DNA from: an uncultured Granulicella sp.
GTDB lineage: Bacteria; Acidobacteriota; Terriglobia; Terriglobales; Acidobacteriaceae
Assembly: GCA_965198885.1 (NCBI GenBank)
Contig: OZ240677.1
Span: forward strand, 2,538,085 to 2,602,084
Direction of reading: 5' to 3'
DNA: 64,000 bases
Position numbers and translations under genes: made by a program. The number at the start of each line of letters is the position of its first letter. Position 1 is the first letter of the stretch. The notes below the pieces were generated by a model. The model did not search any database. It was not told the origin of the DNA and saw only the letters and a program-made list of their open reading frames with translations. Positions 28,547 through 37,810 of the stretch are shown here, piece after piece.

Positions 28547-29707
28547 ATGTCCCACTTCGGCGACTTTCAAAACGAGATCTACCGAGACGGCCTGCGCGGT
28601 GTCCTCTCCCGTCTTCCAGTGGATTTCAGTTCACTGGAACAAAAGGCGCGAGCTGCCATGCCCGCCTCAGTGCTCTCCTACGTTCAGGGCGGATGTGGCG
28701 ATGAATTCACACAGCGACGCAATGCAGAGGCATTCCATCACTGGGGTTTAATCCCTCGGATGTTGGTCGACTGCGCCACACGCGATCTCTCGATCAAGCT
28801 TTTCGGGATGGAGCTCGCCACGCCCATCTTTCTCAGTCCGATCGGCGTTCTTGGTATCTGTACGCCGGATGGCCGCGGCGACGTCCATGTGGCCCGTGCT
28901 GCCGCTCAAACGGGCGTGCCGATGATAGCGTCAACCTTATCAAACGATCCACTTGAGACGATAGCCGAGACATTGGGCACGACTCCGGGTTTCTTCCAGC
29001 TCTACACGCCGAAGAACAAAGAGGTCGCTGAAAGCCTTGTCAGACGTGCAGAGACAGCCGGCTACAAGGCCATAGTCGTGACGCTCGACACGTGGGTCAC
29101 AGGATGGCGCCCCCAAGACCTCAACGCGGGCAATTTCCCGCAGCTGCGAGGCCACGTTCTGCAGAACTACTTCAGCGACCCATGCTTTCGGGGTATGCTC
29201 GCCAGACCCCCCGAAGAAGACCTGGCCGCGGCAATCGGTCAGTGGGCGCAAACCTTCGGCAAAGTGCTTACCTGGGCAGACATGCCGTGGTTACGTTCGC
29301 TTACAAAGCTTCCGCTGATCCTGAAAGGGATCTGTCACCCCGAAGACGCACGGCGAGCCATCGACGCAGGCGCTGATGGTATCTATTGTTCCAACCACGG
29401 CGGGCGGCAGGCAAATGGAGGCGCCGCAGCAATCGACATGTTGCCCGCGATCATCGAAGCATCCCGCAGCACACCCGTTCTGTTCGATTCCGGCGTGCGC
29501 TCCGGAAGCGACATCGTCAAAGGTCTTGCGATGGGAGCCGCCGCCATCGGGATCGGCCGGCCCTATGCTTACGGTCTCGCACTTGACGGAACCGCGGGCG
29601 TCGTCCATGTACTCAAGAGTTTGCTTGCCGAAGCCGACCTACTGATGGCCGTCGATGGCTTTCCTAACTTATCTACTCTGCGGCAGGCCGGCGTCATCCG
29701 GCTCTGA
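28547..29707 (+). CDS. FMN-dependent alpha-hydroxy acid oxidase, lactate 2-monooxygenase-like
   Basis: FFQLY, VVTLDT, LILKGI, SNHGGRQ, DSGVRSGSDIVK, IGRPYAYGLA; N-terminus FGDFQNEIY typical of LMO-like proteins. Confidence 0.9.
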   Translation: MSHFGDFQNEIYRDGLRGVLSRLPVDFSSLEQKARAAMPASVLSYVQGGCGDEFTQRRNAEAFHHWGLIPRMLVDCATRDLSIKLFGMELATPIFLSPIGVLGICTPDGRGDVHVARAAAQTGVPMIASTLSNDPLETIAETLGTTPGFFQLYTPKNKEVAESLVRRAETAGYKAIVVTLDTWVTGWRPQDLNAGNFPQLRGHVLQNYFSDPCFRGMLARPPEEDLAAAIGQWAQTFGKVLTWADMPWLRSLTKLPLILKGICHPEDARRAIDAGADGIYCSNHGGRQANGGAAAIDMLPAIIEASRSTPVLFDSGVRSGSDIVKGLAMGAAAIGIGRPYAYGLALDGTAGVVHVLKSLLAEADLLMAVDGFPNLSTLRQAGVIRL

Positions 29708-29786
29708 CCAGACTAAGTTCCACTCTGCGGCGCCAAGCGCGTGCTAAGACGGCAACACTTTACGGATTGTCCAAGGATTGAATCGT

Positions 29787-31382
29787 ATGAATATCCCACT
29801 TACTCCTATTCGCTTTCTTCGCCACGCTGAGCGCCAGTACGCAGGCCGCACTGCCATTGTCTCCAGGGGAGAACGGTTGACGTACGCGCAGTTCGCGCAG
29901 CGTTCCGCCCTGCTCGCCGGGGCATTGAAGCAAGTGGGCATTCGACCGGGCGAGCGCGTCGCTTTCCTCGGCACGAACTCTCATCGGCTGCTCGAGGCTT
30001 ACTACGGTGTCCTCGAAGCCGGAGCCATACTTTTGCCGCTGAACATCCGGCTCTCTCCCGCCGAGCTCACCTTTGTTCTCGAAGATTCCGGGGCCAGCAT
30101 ACTCTTCATCGACCCGCAGTTTTTGCCAATCGTCGAATCTTTTAAGTCACGCTTGAGCTCCGTCCGCATCTTCTGCCAGCTCGATGGCGATGTGAGCGCG
30201 GACTGGGTTTTGCCGACGAACTACGATCAGTGGATCGGCGCGGCAACGCCTTACCGATGCGATATCACACGTGTTGACGAAGATGCAGTTGCTGAAATCT
30301 TTTACACTAGCGGCACCAGTGCGCAGCCGAAGGGCGTCATGCTGACGCACCGCAACATCTATCTTCATGCGCTTGAAACAGCTCACGGATTCAGTGTTGA
30401 GAACGGCTCTGTGGAACTGCACACTATACCGTTGTTCCACGCGAACGGTTGGGGTATTGCTCATTTTCTGACCATGCTCGGCGGCAAGCACGTGATGGTC
30501 GAGACATTCGACCCGCTGGCCATCTTCAAGTTTATCGAGACCGAACGCGTGACACAGTTCAACGCGGTACCCTTCATGGCTACGGTACTGGTCAATCACC
30601 CAAAGATCAAAGAGTACGATCTGAGCAGTGTGACACGCATCGTCATCGGCGGGGCGGCGTCCTCACCCACCTTAATTCGCGAAGTGGAGCAAGCCTTCGG
30701 ATGTACTTGTTTTTCCGGTTACGGGCTGACTGAGACCTGCCCAGCCCTCACCTACTCGTCCATGAAGCCGGAGCTGGCCTGGAGCGACGAGCAGCGTTAC
30801 GCCGGTCAGGCTATGACGGGTTACCCATTCCCGGGCTGCGAGCTTCATATCGCTGGACCGAACGATGAGTGGCTTCCCGAGGACGGCATCTCCGTCGGAG
30901 AGTTGATTGCGCGCGGCGATGGAGTCATGAAAGGTTACTGGAACCAGCCCGAGCTAACAGCAGAGGCTCTACGCGGTGGCTGGCTGCGTACGGGAGATAT
31001 GGCGACGATCGATCAGAACGGCTACATCCTCATTGTCGATCGCAAGAAAGACATCATCGTAAGCGGCGGAGAGAACATCTCCTCGCTCGAGGTGGAAAAG
31101 GCCATGTTGGCCCATGCAGCGGTGCTGGAAATCGCCGTCATTCCCGTAGCGGACCAGCGCTGGGGCGAGGTTCCCAAAGCCCTCGTCGTTCTCAAGCCAG
31201 GCGCTGCAACGACAGAGGCGGAGCTGATCGAATTCAGCCGTTCCTGTCTGACGCACTACAAGTGTCCCAAGACGGTTCTCTTCGTGGAATCACTGCCCAA
31301 GACAGGCACAGGGAAAGTCTTGAAGAAGAATCTGCGGGCTCTATATGAGAATGTCCAGCCGCAGACAACAGTCCTTAGCTAA
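29787..31382 (+). CDS. Acyl-CoA synthetase / fatty-acid-CoA ligase (ANL family)
   Basis: YTSGTSAQPKG, YGLTET, RTGD, DRKKDIIVSGGENIS, PKTGTGK. Confidence 0.93.
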   Translation: MNIPLTPIRFLRHAERQYAGRTAIVSRGERLTYAQFAQRSALLAGALKQVGIRPGERVAFLGTNSHRLLEAYYGVLEAGAILLPLNIRLSPAELTFVLEDSGASILFIDPQFLPIVESFKSRLSSVRIFCQLDGDVSADWVLPTNYDQWIGAATPYRCDITRVDEDAVAEIFYTSGTSAQPKGVMLTHRNIYLHALETAHGFSVENGSVELHTIPLFHANGWGIAHFLTMLGGKHVMVETFDPLAIFKFIETERVTQFNAVPFMATVLVNHPKIKEYDLSSVTRIVIGGAASSPTLIREVEQAFGCTCFSGYGLTETCPALTYSSMKPELAWSDEQRYAGQAMTGYPFPGCELHIAGPNDEWLPEDGISVGELIARGDGVMKGYWNQPELTAEALRGGWLRTGDMATIDQNGYILIVDRKKDIIVSGGENISSLEVEKAMLAHAAVLEIAVIPVADQRWGEVPKALVVLKPGAATTEAELIEFSRSCLTHYKCPKTVLFVESLPKTGTGKVLKKNLRALYENVQPQTTVLS

Positions 31383-31478
31383 GTCGGATTGCAGCGGCTT
31401 TACTCCTTCAGCGGCCAAGAGATTCAAGCCTCGCCATAGTCTTGCTCTTCCGCCCGATTAAAGCAGCAGGAGGCATGC

Positions 31479-32906
31479 TTAGGATCCAGCCGGCAGAATG
31501 AGCAGACGCTCCTCGGTCATCTCGAAGATGGCGGATCTTACCCCTTCCCTGCCAATCCCCGAGTTCTTTACTCCTCCATACGGCAGGTGGTCGGCGCGCC
31601 ATGCAGACGACTCGTCCACCAGGACGGCGCCGACCTCAAGTTCATTCCAGGCCTGGGTCATCTTCTTCCACTCACCCGTGAAGACGGCCGCCTGCAAGCC
31701 GTACTTCGAGCCATTGACGGTGCTCAGTACCTCTGGGAAGCTCTCGTACGCCTCAAGGATAACCACCGGCGCAAAAACCTCCTCGCAGCTTAGTTGTGCC
31801 GTACCCGGAACATCGCTAAGCAGCGTCGGTTCCAGAATGCTTCCAATCCGCTTGCCGCCTGCATGCAGCGCTGCGCCCATGTCTACAGCCTCGTTGATCC
31901 AACTTTCAGCCCTCACGGCGGCCGCTTCGTTGATCATCGGGCCGATCCGGGTAGAAGCTTCTGCAGGGTCTCCCATCTTGAGGTTGCGCAATTCTTCCAC
32001 TAATCTGTCAACAAGATTCGACTTCAGCGAGGCATGAACGAACACCCGCTGTACTGAAATACAGCTCTGGCCCGCATAGGTATAGCCGCCCGCGATTATC
32101 TTCGGAACCGCCTTTGCAAGGTCTCCATCCTCGCAGACGATCACTGCCGCGTTTCCTCCTAGCTCGAGCGTAACCCGAGGCGTTGCGGATTGGCGTCGGA
32201 GCATCCATCCGATGTTTGCGCTACCGGTGAAGCTCAGCATGGCAACTCGCGCATCTGCCACAAGCTGCGCTGTCACTTCATTCGAACATGGCAGTACGCT
32301 GATGCCACCTATGGGCCAGCCGGCTTCACGGACGGCTCGCCCGAGCCACAGCGAGCTCAAAGGCGTTTGCGGCGCAGGTTTGATGATGATGGGATTGCCG
32401 GACGCAATGGCCGGAGCAAGCTTGTGCGCCACGAGATTAAGGGGAAAGTTAAAAGGGGTAATCCCCAGAATCGGTCCGATTGGAAACCGTCGGGAGAGAG
32501 CCACTCGGCCCTCTGTGCCAGCGGTCCAATCGGCCGGTGTCACCTCGCCACCGATCCGTTTTGCTTCTTCAGCCGCGACGCGAAACGTTTGAATCGCACG
32601 TGCAACTTCATTCCGGGCGTCTGTGATGGGCTTGCCCGCCTCCAACACAATCAAGCCCGCAACATGCGCTGCCTCCTGGATCAATTTATCAGCTATGTTG
32701 TGAAGAACCGACGCGCGCTGCCACGAGCTTAACTGCCGCGTCTGGACAAACGCCTGCCGCGCCAGTGCGGAGGCTCGTTCCGCATCGGCAAGGTTGGCCT
32801 GGCAGACTTCAGCCACAATCGAGCCATCATACGGATTGTGGATCTCCACAGTCTCCGAGCGAAGTGCATCCTCACTGCCCAGCAATATTCTCTCTACGTT
32901 GCGCAC
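31479..32906 (-). CDS. NAD(P)-dependent aldehyde dehydrogenase (lactaldehyde DH / GapN-related branch)
   Basis: GITPFNFPLNLVAHKLAPAIASGN, LELGGNAA, catalytic GQSCIS, EEVFAPV. Confidence 0.9.
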   Translation of the reverse strand: MRNVERILLGSEDALRSETVEIHNPYDGSIVAEVCQANLADAERASALARQAFVQTRQLSSWQRASVLHNIADKLIQEAAHVAGLIVLEAGKPITDARNEVARAIQTFRVAAEEAKRIGGEVTPADWTAGTEGRVALSRRFPIGPILGITPFNFPLNLVAHKLAPAIASGNPIIIKPAPQTPLSSLWLGRAVREAGWPIGGISVLPCSNEVTAQLVADARVAMLSFTGSANIGWMLRRQSATPRVTLELGGNAAVIVCEDGDLAKAVPKIIAGGYTYAGQSCISVQRVFVHASLKSNLVDRLVEELRNLKMGDPAEASTRIGPMINEAAAVRAESWINEAVDMGAALHAGGKRIGSILEPTLLSDVPGTAQLSCEEVFAPVVILEAYESFPEVLSTVNGSKYGLQAAVFTGEWKKMTQAWNELEVGAVLVDESSAWRADHLPYGGVKNSGIGREGVRSAIFEMTEERLLILPAGS

Positions 32907-33153
32907 CGACAGCTCCTGCTGGAGACGAGGTTAGATCGTCGCTCCAGACATCATCATAGTGAAAGGTAATCAACATCGACAGCCAGCGGATGGTGATTCA
33001 CAAGCAATTTGGCAGGGGCCGCAAGGATCGCGAGCGCGACCGTGAGGAAACCCCGCCCTTATTGCAAGAGACCTCGTCCGTCCAAGAAGGGGCCTCCTGC
33101 TCTCGCCCAGGCTGCTTTTATATATGGCTAGTTCCGCAGTATGGCACACAGCC

Positions 33154-33813
33154 TCAGAGGTGCCCGTACTTCTGAAGGGCGTCCAGCAGTGGCAAACCAG
33201 CGCGAATCTCGGCTCTTGCGTTGCTCTCCATTGCTGAGAGCTTTCGGACGTCGGCGGCGATGGCCGCCGCGAGCGTCGATGGCACTACGATCACCCCATC
33301 CGCGTCCCCTACCACAATGTCACCGGGTGATACCGTAAGCGCAGCACGTAGCGCCCCCTTGACCTGCACCGGTACGCCGTACGACGTTACGCGCCATCGG
33401 CCCACGCCTTGCGCAGGTGTTCGGTAACGCGCAACGACCGGCATGCCACAGTCCCGAAGAAATGCCACATCGCGGACGCCGCCGTCCACCACCGCTGCAG
33501 CGCATCCCCGGGAACGCATGGCGCTAGCCAGCAGATCCCCGAAGCAGCAGACACCTTGCGCCCCATTTCCGGCCCACATCGCCACCGCGCCGCTAGGCAT
33601 TCCATCGATCGCCTCCAGCTTCAGCCGGTCGCTTCCCGCGTAGATCCCGGGTTCGCCCATAATTGTGTAGCAAGGGCCCGCGAAGGCTTCGGACCGTGCC
33701 ACCGGCGAGAGGCTGTTGTCAACCACCGGTGGCTCCATCCCCAGGCGGTCAAATACATCGGCGATCACCGCCGTACCCGCCGCGCGTAGATCCTCAGTGT
33801 TGTTGTCACGCAT
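33154..33813 (-). CDS. RraA-family protein / 4-hydroxy-4-methyl-2-oxoglutarate aldolase-like
   Basis: FGDLLASAMRSRGCAAAVVDGGVRD, VSPGDIVVGDADGVVVVP; start 33813 after a GGGAGG RBS. Confidence 0.88.
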   Translation of the reverse strand: MRDNNTEDLRAAGTAVIADVFDRLGMEPPVVDNSLSPVARSEAFAGPCYTIMGEPGIYAGSDRLKLEAIDGMPSGAVAMWAGNGAQGVCCFGDLLASAMRSRGCAAAVVDGGVRDVAFLRDCGMPVVARYRTPAQGVGRWRVTSYGVPVQVKGALRAALTVSPGDIVVGDADGVIVVPSTLAAAIAADVRKLSAMESNARAEIRAGLPLLDALQKYGHL

Positions 33814-34018
33814 GCGAACTCCTCCCTGTGCCGGGATGTGCAAAGGCTCCATCGAGTTCGTCACAGTTCACCCTAGCAGCCCATTCGAAAGTGTACACAT
33901 CACAGCGAAACGAAGGCCTTGACCTCGCATGCTTATAGGACCTTTTCAAGGAGTATCTGAGCGCGGGATGGCGTGAAAACCAGCTACAATCGGGGCAACT
34001 TACCCGTTCCTACAATGT

Positions 34019-35404
34019 GTGTGTCAGGAGAGTCGCCGCGTGACTTCACTTCGGAAGCGTTTTCGTATTTCTGTATTCCTCCTGGTGCTTGGATTGGTGG
34101 GGGGCGAGTTCTGCGGCAGTGCGCAGGCACAGGGAAGAGTGAGTGAAAGCGATGCGGCGGTGATTGCGCATCCGCCGCTGGGGCCGGTGCCGGTGGAGGC
34201 GCAGTTCGATGCGGCGGGGCATCTTGATCCGGAACGGGCTACGCGGGCTTATCTGGATACGATTCCGGCGGATAAGCGGAAGGCTTCAGACAGGTACTTT
34301 GAGGGTGGGTACTGGCTGACGCTTTGGGATGCGGTGTATGCGATTGTGGTGACGCTGGTGTTGCTGTTCAGTGGGATCTCGGCACGGTTGAGGGATTTTG
34401 CGGCTCGGCGGACGCGGTTTGAGTGGCTGCAGACGACGATCTACTTTGTACCGTTCTTCTTCCTCTACCTGGTGCTGAGTGCGCCATTGAGTTTTTATGA
34501 GGGGTACTATCGCGAGCATCTGTACCAAGAGTCACATCAGAGCCTGGGGGGATGGCTGCACGATCAGGCGATTGGGATTGGTGTGGGGATTGTGCTGGGT
34601 GCGGTTCTGGTGACGGTGCTGTATGTGATTGCGCGACGGCTACCGAGGACCTGGCATCTCTGGGGCGCGGCGGTGGTTGTGGGGTTCGGTGTATTGGTAC
34701 AGATGTTCGCGCCGGTGTATCTGCTGCCGCTACTGAACACGTACTCTCGGCTGCAGGATCCGGCGGTGGTGACTCCGTTGCTGAAGATGGCGCGGGCGAA
34801 TGGGATCCCGGCGGATACGATCTACCAGGTGGATGCCTCCAAGCAGACGACGCACGTGAGCGCAAACGTGAGCGGCGTGTTCAAGACGATGCGGATTACG
34901 TTGAACGATAACCTGCTGAGAACGTGCAGCCTGGAAGAGATTGAAGATGTGACCGGGCATGAGATGGGGCACTATGTGTTGAACCACATCTACAAGGGGC
35001 TGACCGAGAGCATCGTGGTGGTCTTCTTGACGTTCTTTGTGTTGCGAGCCTGGCTGGAGAGCATGCAGAGGCGGCATGGGGAGAGATGGCGGACGACGTC
35101 CATCTATGATCCGGCGCTGTTGCCGGCGGTGATCCTGATTGTGACGGTGATCTCACTGCTGCTAACGCCGGTGACAAATACGATGACGCGGGCGATGGAG
35201 CGGGAGGCGGATATCTTCGGATTGAATGCGGCGCGGGAGCCGGATGGATCGGCGCAGGTGGACCTGAAGCTGGGGCAGTACCGGAAGTTGGATCCGGGGC
35301 CGGTAGAGGAGTTTATCTTCTTCGATCATCCGAGTGGGCATACGCGGATACTGGATGCGATGGATTGGAAGAGCCAGAACCAGGGGATGCCTGGGTATAA
35401 GTGA
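34019..35404 (+). CDS. M48 (Ste24/CaaX-type) membrane zinc metalloprotease
   Basis: HEMGH zinc motif, ANVSG, EREADIFG, DHPS; several TM helices. Confidence 0.92.
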   Translation: MCQESRRVTSLRKRFRISVFLLVLGLVGGEFCGSAQAQGRVSESDAAVIAHPPLGPVPVEAQFDAAGHLDPERATRAYLDTIPADKRKASDRYFEGGYWLTLWDAVYAIVVTLVLLFSGISARLRDFAARRTRFEWLQTTIYFVPFFFLYLVLSAPLSFYEGYYREHLYQESHQSLGGWLHDQAIGIGVGIVLGAVLVTVLYVIARRLPRTWHLWGAAVVVGFGVLVQMFAPVYLLPLLNTYSRLQDPAVVTPLLKMARANGIPADTIYQVDASKQTTHVSANVSGVFKTMRITLNDNLLRTCSLEEIEDVTGHEMGHYVLNHIYKGLTESIVVVFLTFFVLRAWLESMQRRHGERWRTTSIYDPALLPAVILIVTVISLLLTPVTNTMTRAMEREADIFGLNAAREPDGSAQVDLKLGQYRKLDPGPVEEFIFFDHPSGHTRILDAMDWKSQNQGMPGYK

Positions 35405-35416
35405 CGGCGAGCTACC

Positions 35417-36145
35417 TTAGGTCGGTTGGCTGAGGGTTTCGAACTCCGGTTCGTGGGTGGTTTCGGGCTGGAGTGTGGGTGTGGCTGTGTTGCGAAGATA
35501 GCGGCCACGGGCTTCTAAGAGCTCTTTGACCTGGTGGGCAGTAAGGGGTTGAGCGGTGCCGAGTTGATAGGTGGCCAAGGCCACGTGGGCGAGGTGCTCG
35601 AGGATTTCCATCTTCTGGAAGGCGTCGAGGAGGCTGGTGCCATAGGCGACGGCGCCGTGGTTGGCAAGGAGGATGGCGTCGTGGCGAGCGAGAAAGGGGA
35701 CGAGGCTGGCGGCGACCTCATCCGTGCCGGTGGTGGCGTAAGGTGCGAGTGGGACGATGCCGAGAGTCATGACGGCCTCCTGGCAGAGCATCTGGTCTAA
35801 TGCGCGGCCGGAGCAGGCGAAGGCGGTGGCGATGGGTGGGTGCGAGTGCAGGACGGCGGAGACGTCGGGGCGTTGCTGATAAACGGCGAGATGCATGCTG
35901 ATCTCGCTGGTGACCTTACGGGTTCCGGCGAGAAGGCGGCCGCAAAGATCGGTGACGACAACATCCCCGGGTTTGAGCAAGCCTTTACTGACACCCGTGG
36001 GGGTGACGAGCAGGCAATGCGGACTGAGGCGTACCGAGAGATTGCCGCTGGTGCCAGGGGTGAATCCTAGGCGATGCAGCCACTTGCTGAAACGCACAAG
36101 TTCCCGGCGAAGACGGAGTTCGGTTGCGTCTGAGTAGTCGATCAT
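35417..36145 (-). CDS. Class II aldolase/adducin family protein
   Basis: GTSGNLSVR, VTPTG, TSEISMHLAVY, HSHP, LLANHGAV; start MIDYSD at 36145. Confidence 0.9.
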   Translation of the reverse strand: MIDYSDATELRLRRELVRFSKWLHRLGFTPGTSGNLSVRLSPHCLLVTPTGVSKGLLKPGDVVVTDLCGRLLAGTRKVTSEISMHLAVYQQRPDVSAVLHSHPPIATAFACSGRALDQMLCQEAVMTLGIVPLAPYATTGTDEVAASLVPFLARHDAILLANHGAVAYGTSLLDAFQKMEILEHLAHVALATYQLGTAQPLTAHQVKELLEARGRYLRNTATPTLQPETTHEPEFETLSQPT

Positions 36146-36176
36146 CTCTGACTCCTTGCTGAGGCGAGTGGGGCGA

Positions 36177-37205
36177 TCAATTGAGGATCTTGAACTGGGA
36201 GAGGCCACGATCCAAGGGCTGTGGGGTCGAAGTGGCCCTTTGGAGCTTACGCCACAATCGGCCGATGCGGTCTGAAGCCATGAAGAGATGGCCGGCCGTG
36301 AGAGGGCCGGCGACCTTGAAGTGGCCCACGGCGGCAAGACCCATGGAGGCGATGCAGCCGCATTGCTCGCAATCTGGGTCACCGCCGAACTGGCAGGGGG
36401 TAATTGCGGTCTTGAGGTCGGCGGAGATGGTTTCGGTGGTGCGGGCGAAGATGCATTCGCTGGGATTGCTGGGCGGGTTGGCGATCTCGTCGATGACGAT
36501 GTCGTGCATGTCGAGCTTGGGGTACTTGGCGCGGAGGACGCGGAGTTCCGCGATGACGGCGAGGCGTTGGGCGGGTGAGAGGATCTCGGGGTCGGTGGCT
36601 CCGCGCTGGGGGGTAAAGAGGCTGAACCAGACTTTGGCGATCTCGGGCTGGCTGCTCCAGAACGCGAGGAACTCATCGAGATAGCCGGGGCGCTCGACGA
36701 TCTGGGAGGTGATGGTGCAGTGGATGGTGACCTTGGCACCCTGGATGCTCTTGAGGATGCGTTCGTAGGTGGCGGGTTTGCGGCGTTCGTCGTGTTCCGG
36801 CTGGAGACCGTCGATGGAGACGACTACGTTCAGCTTTTTATACCGCTGCCAAAGAGCTGGAACGGTGCGAAAGGCGCTGGTGACGACCTGAGTGTGGATG
36901 CCTCGGGCTTCGAGCTGAGGAAGTAAGGATTCGAGCTCGCGGTAGCGAACCATGGGATCGCCGCCGACAAGGGAGACGTGGAGGGGCCTGCGCTCGTCGA
37001 CGACGGCAAGAACGCGGCGGACAAGCTCTTCCCCTTTGAAGTCGGAGAGCTGGCGGAGTTGGAGGTCGCCGCCGAGGTGTGCTGCGTCAAAGGCGTAGCA
37101 GCCGGGGCAACGAAGCGGGCATTCCTTGGTGATTTCAATGGAAAGGGAGGGGGCGCGGCCTACGAGGATAGATCCCCAGGCGTGGATCACTTCTGACTTT
37201 TTCAT
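36177..37205 (-). CDS. Radical SAM protein with Cys-rich C-terminal extension, function unknown
   Basis: CPLRCPGC cluster motif, GGDP, SIDG; C-terminal ECIF...PCQFGGDPDCEQCGC; start MKKSEV at 37205. Confidence 0.9.
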   Translation of the reverse strand: MKKSEVIHAWGSILVGRAPSLSIEITKECPLRCPGCYAFDAAHLGGDLQLRQLSDFKGEELVRRVLAVVDERRPLHVSLVGGDPMVRYRELESLLPQLEARGIHTQVVTSAFRTVPALWQRYKKLNVVVSIDGLQPEHDERRKPATYERILKSIQGAKVTIHCTITSQIVERPGYLDEFLAFWSSQPEIAKVWFSLFTPQRGATDPEILSPAQRLAVIAELRVLRAKYPKLDMHDIVIDEIANPPSNPSECIFARTTETISADLKTAITPCQFGGDPDCEQCGCIASMGLAAVGHFKVAGPLTAGHLFMASDRIGRLWRKLQRATSTPQPLDRGLSQFKILN

Positions 37206-37317
37206 GAGTCTCTGCTCCGGAGTGCGGGAGGGGAGCGGCCGATGAGACGGCTCCTCGGGATAGAACGCTGCAGCGAACTCAGGTGAGCCGGCTGCCTGAC
37301 GTGGCCGAGGAAAGAGA

Positions 37318-37710
37318 TCAAACCTGCAGAGGCAGGGTATAGAGTCGGATCGACAGGCGGGAGATGGGCTGGTCCTCCAAGACCGCATGGAAGGTCGTTA
37401 CCGTATCGATCCCAGGCGCGGGCGGGAAGACGAAGCGCAGCCATCGGCGCAGCGCGAGGAGGAGCGAGCACTCGAGATTGGCGTTCTGGGCCAGCAGAAG
37501 GACAAGGCAGAGGACGACCAGCAAGGCGAGGAAGCCGAACTCGAAGTCCTGGCCGCCGCGGAGGAAGTGGTCGAAGTCCCAGAACCGTTCTGTGACGGGC
37601 ATGACAGCGAGCAGTAGAGCCGCGAGAAAGATCAACACGCCGCTCAGGACGGCGTAGGCACGGGATATGGTCGCAGTGTGGCTCCGGTTTGACGTCGTCC
37701 TAGCGTGCAA
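37318..37710 (-). CDS. Hypothetical two-TM membrane protein
   Basis: Two hydrophobic helices flanking TERFWDFDHFLRGGQDFE; same strand upstream of the radical SAM gene. Confidence 0.6.
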   Translation of the reverse strand: MHARTTSNRSHTATISRAYAVLSGVLIFLAALLLAVMPVTERFWDFDHFLRGGQDFEFGFLALLVVLCLVLLLAQNANLECSLLLALRRWLRFVFPPAPGIDTVTTFHAVLEDQPISRLSIRLYTLPLQV

Positions 37711-37810
37711 GGAGCCTCCGTGACACTCATCTTACCCCCTAGTAGCCCAGACCGGAAAGATCGGGGAAGCTGAGGACCTTGAGACTGGCCGAGAGGACAA
37801 GCGGAGACGT

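Larger units (their letters stand above)
3956..33990. mobile_element. Putative tRNA-Thr-anchored catabolic genomic island (no integrase or att duplication found)
   Basis: Visible change from G-rich GCG/GTG/GGG codon style to more A/T- and C-ending codons after the tRNA, reverting near 34000; accessory catabolic content; boundaries approximate. Confidence 0.6.

Noticed and set aside
14923-33813. Complete lignin-monomer (ferulate/protocatechuate) pathway suggested by the CalB-like ALDH, CoA ligase and LigK-like aldolase
   Set aside because: No ring-cleavage dioxygenase, O-demethylase or ring hydroxylase is present; family labels alone do not establish aromatic substrates
33860-34020. attR copy of the tRNA-Thr 3' end, or an integrase, at the island's right border
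   Set aside because: No repeat of CTCATCGGCTCCA or TTCAACTCCG was seen by eye, and no recombinase-like ORF is in the window; an exact repeat search would settle it
36177-37205. HpnH hopanoid enzyme or RiPP maturase
   Set aside because: No hpn/shc genes or precursor peptide nearby, and the motif context is not one I can match to HpnH
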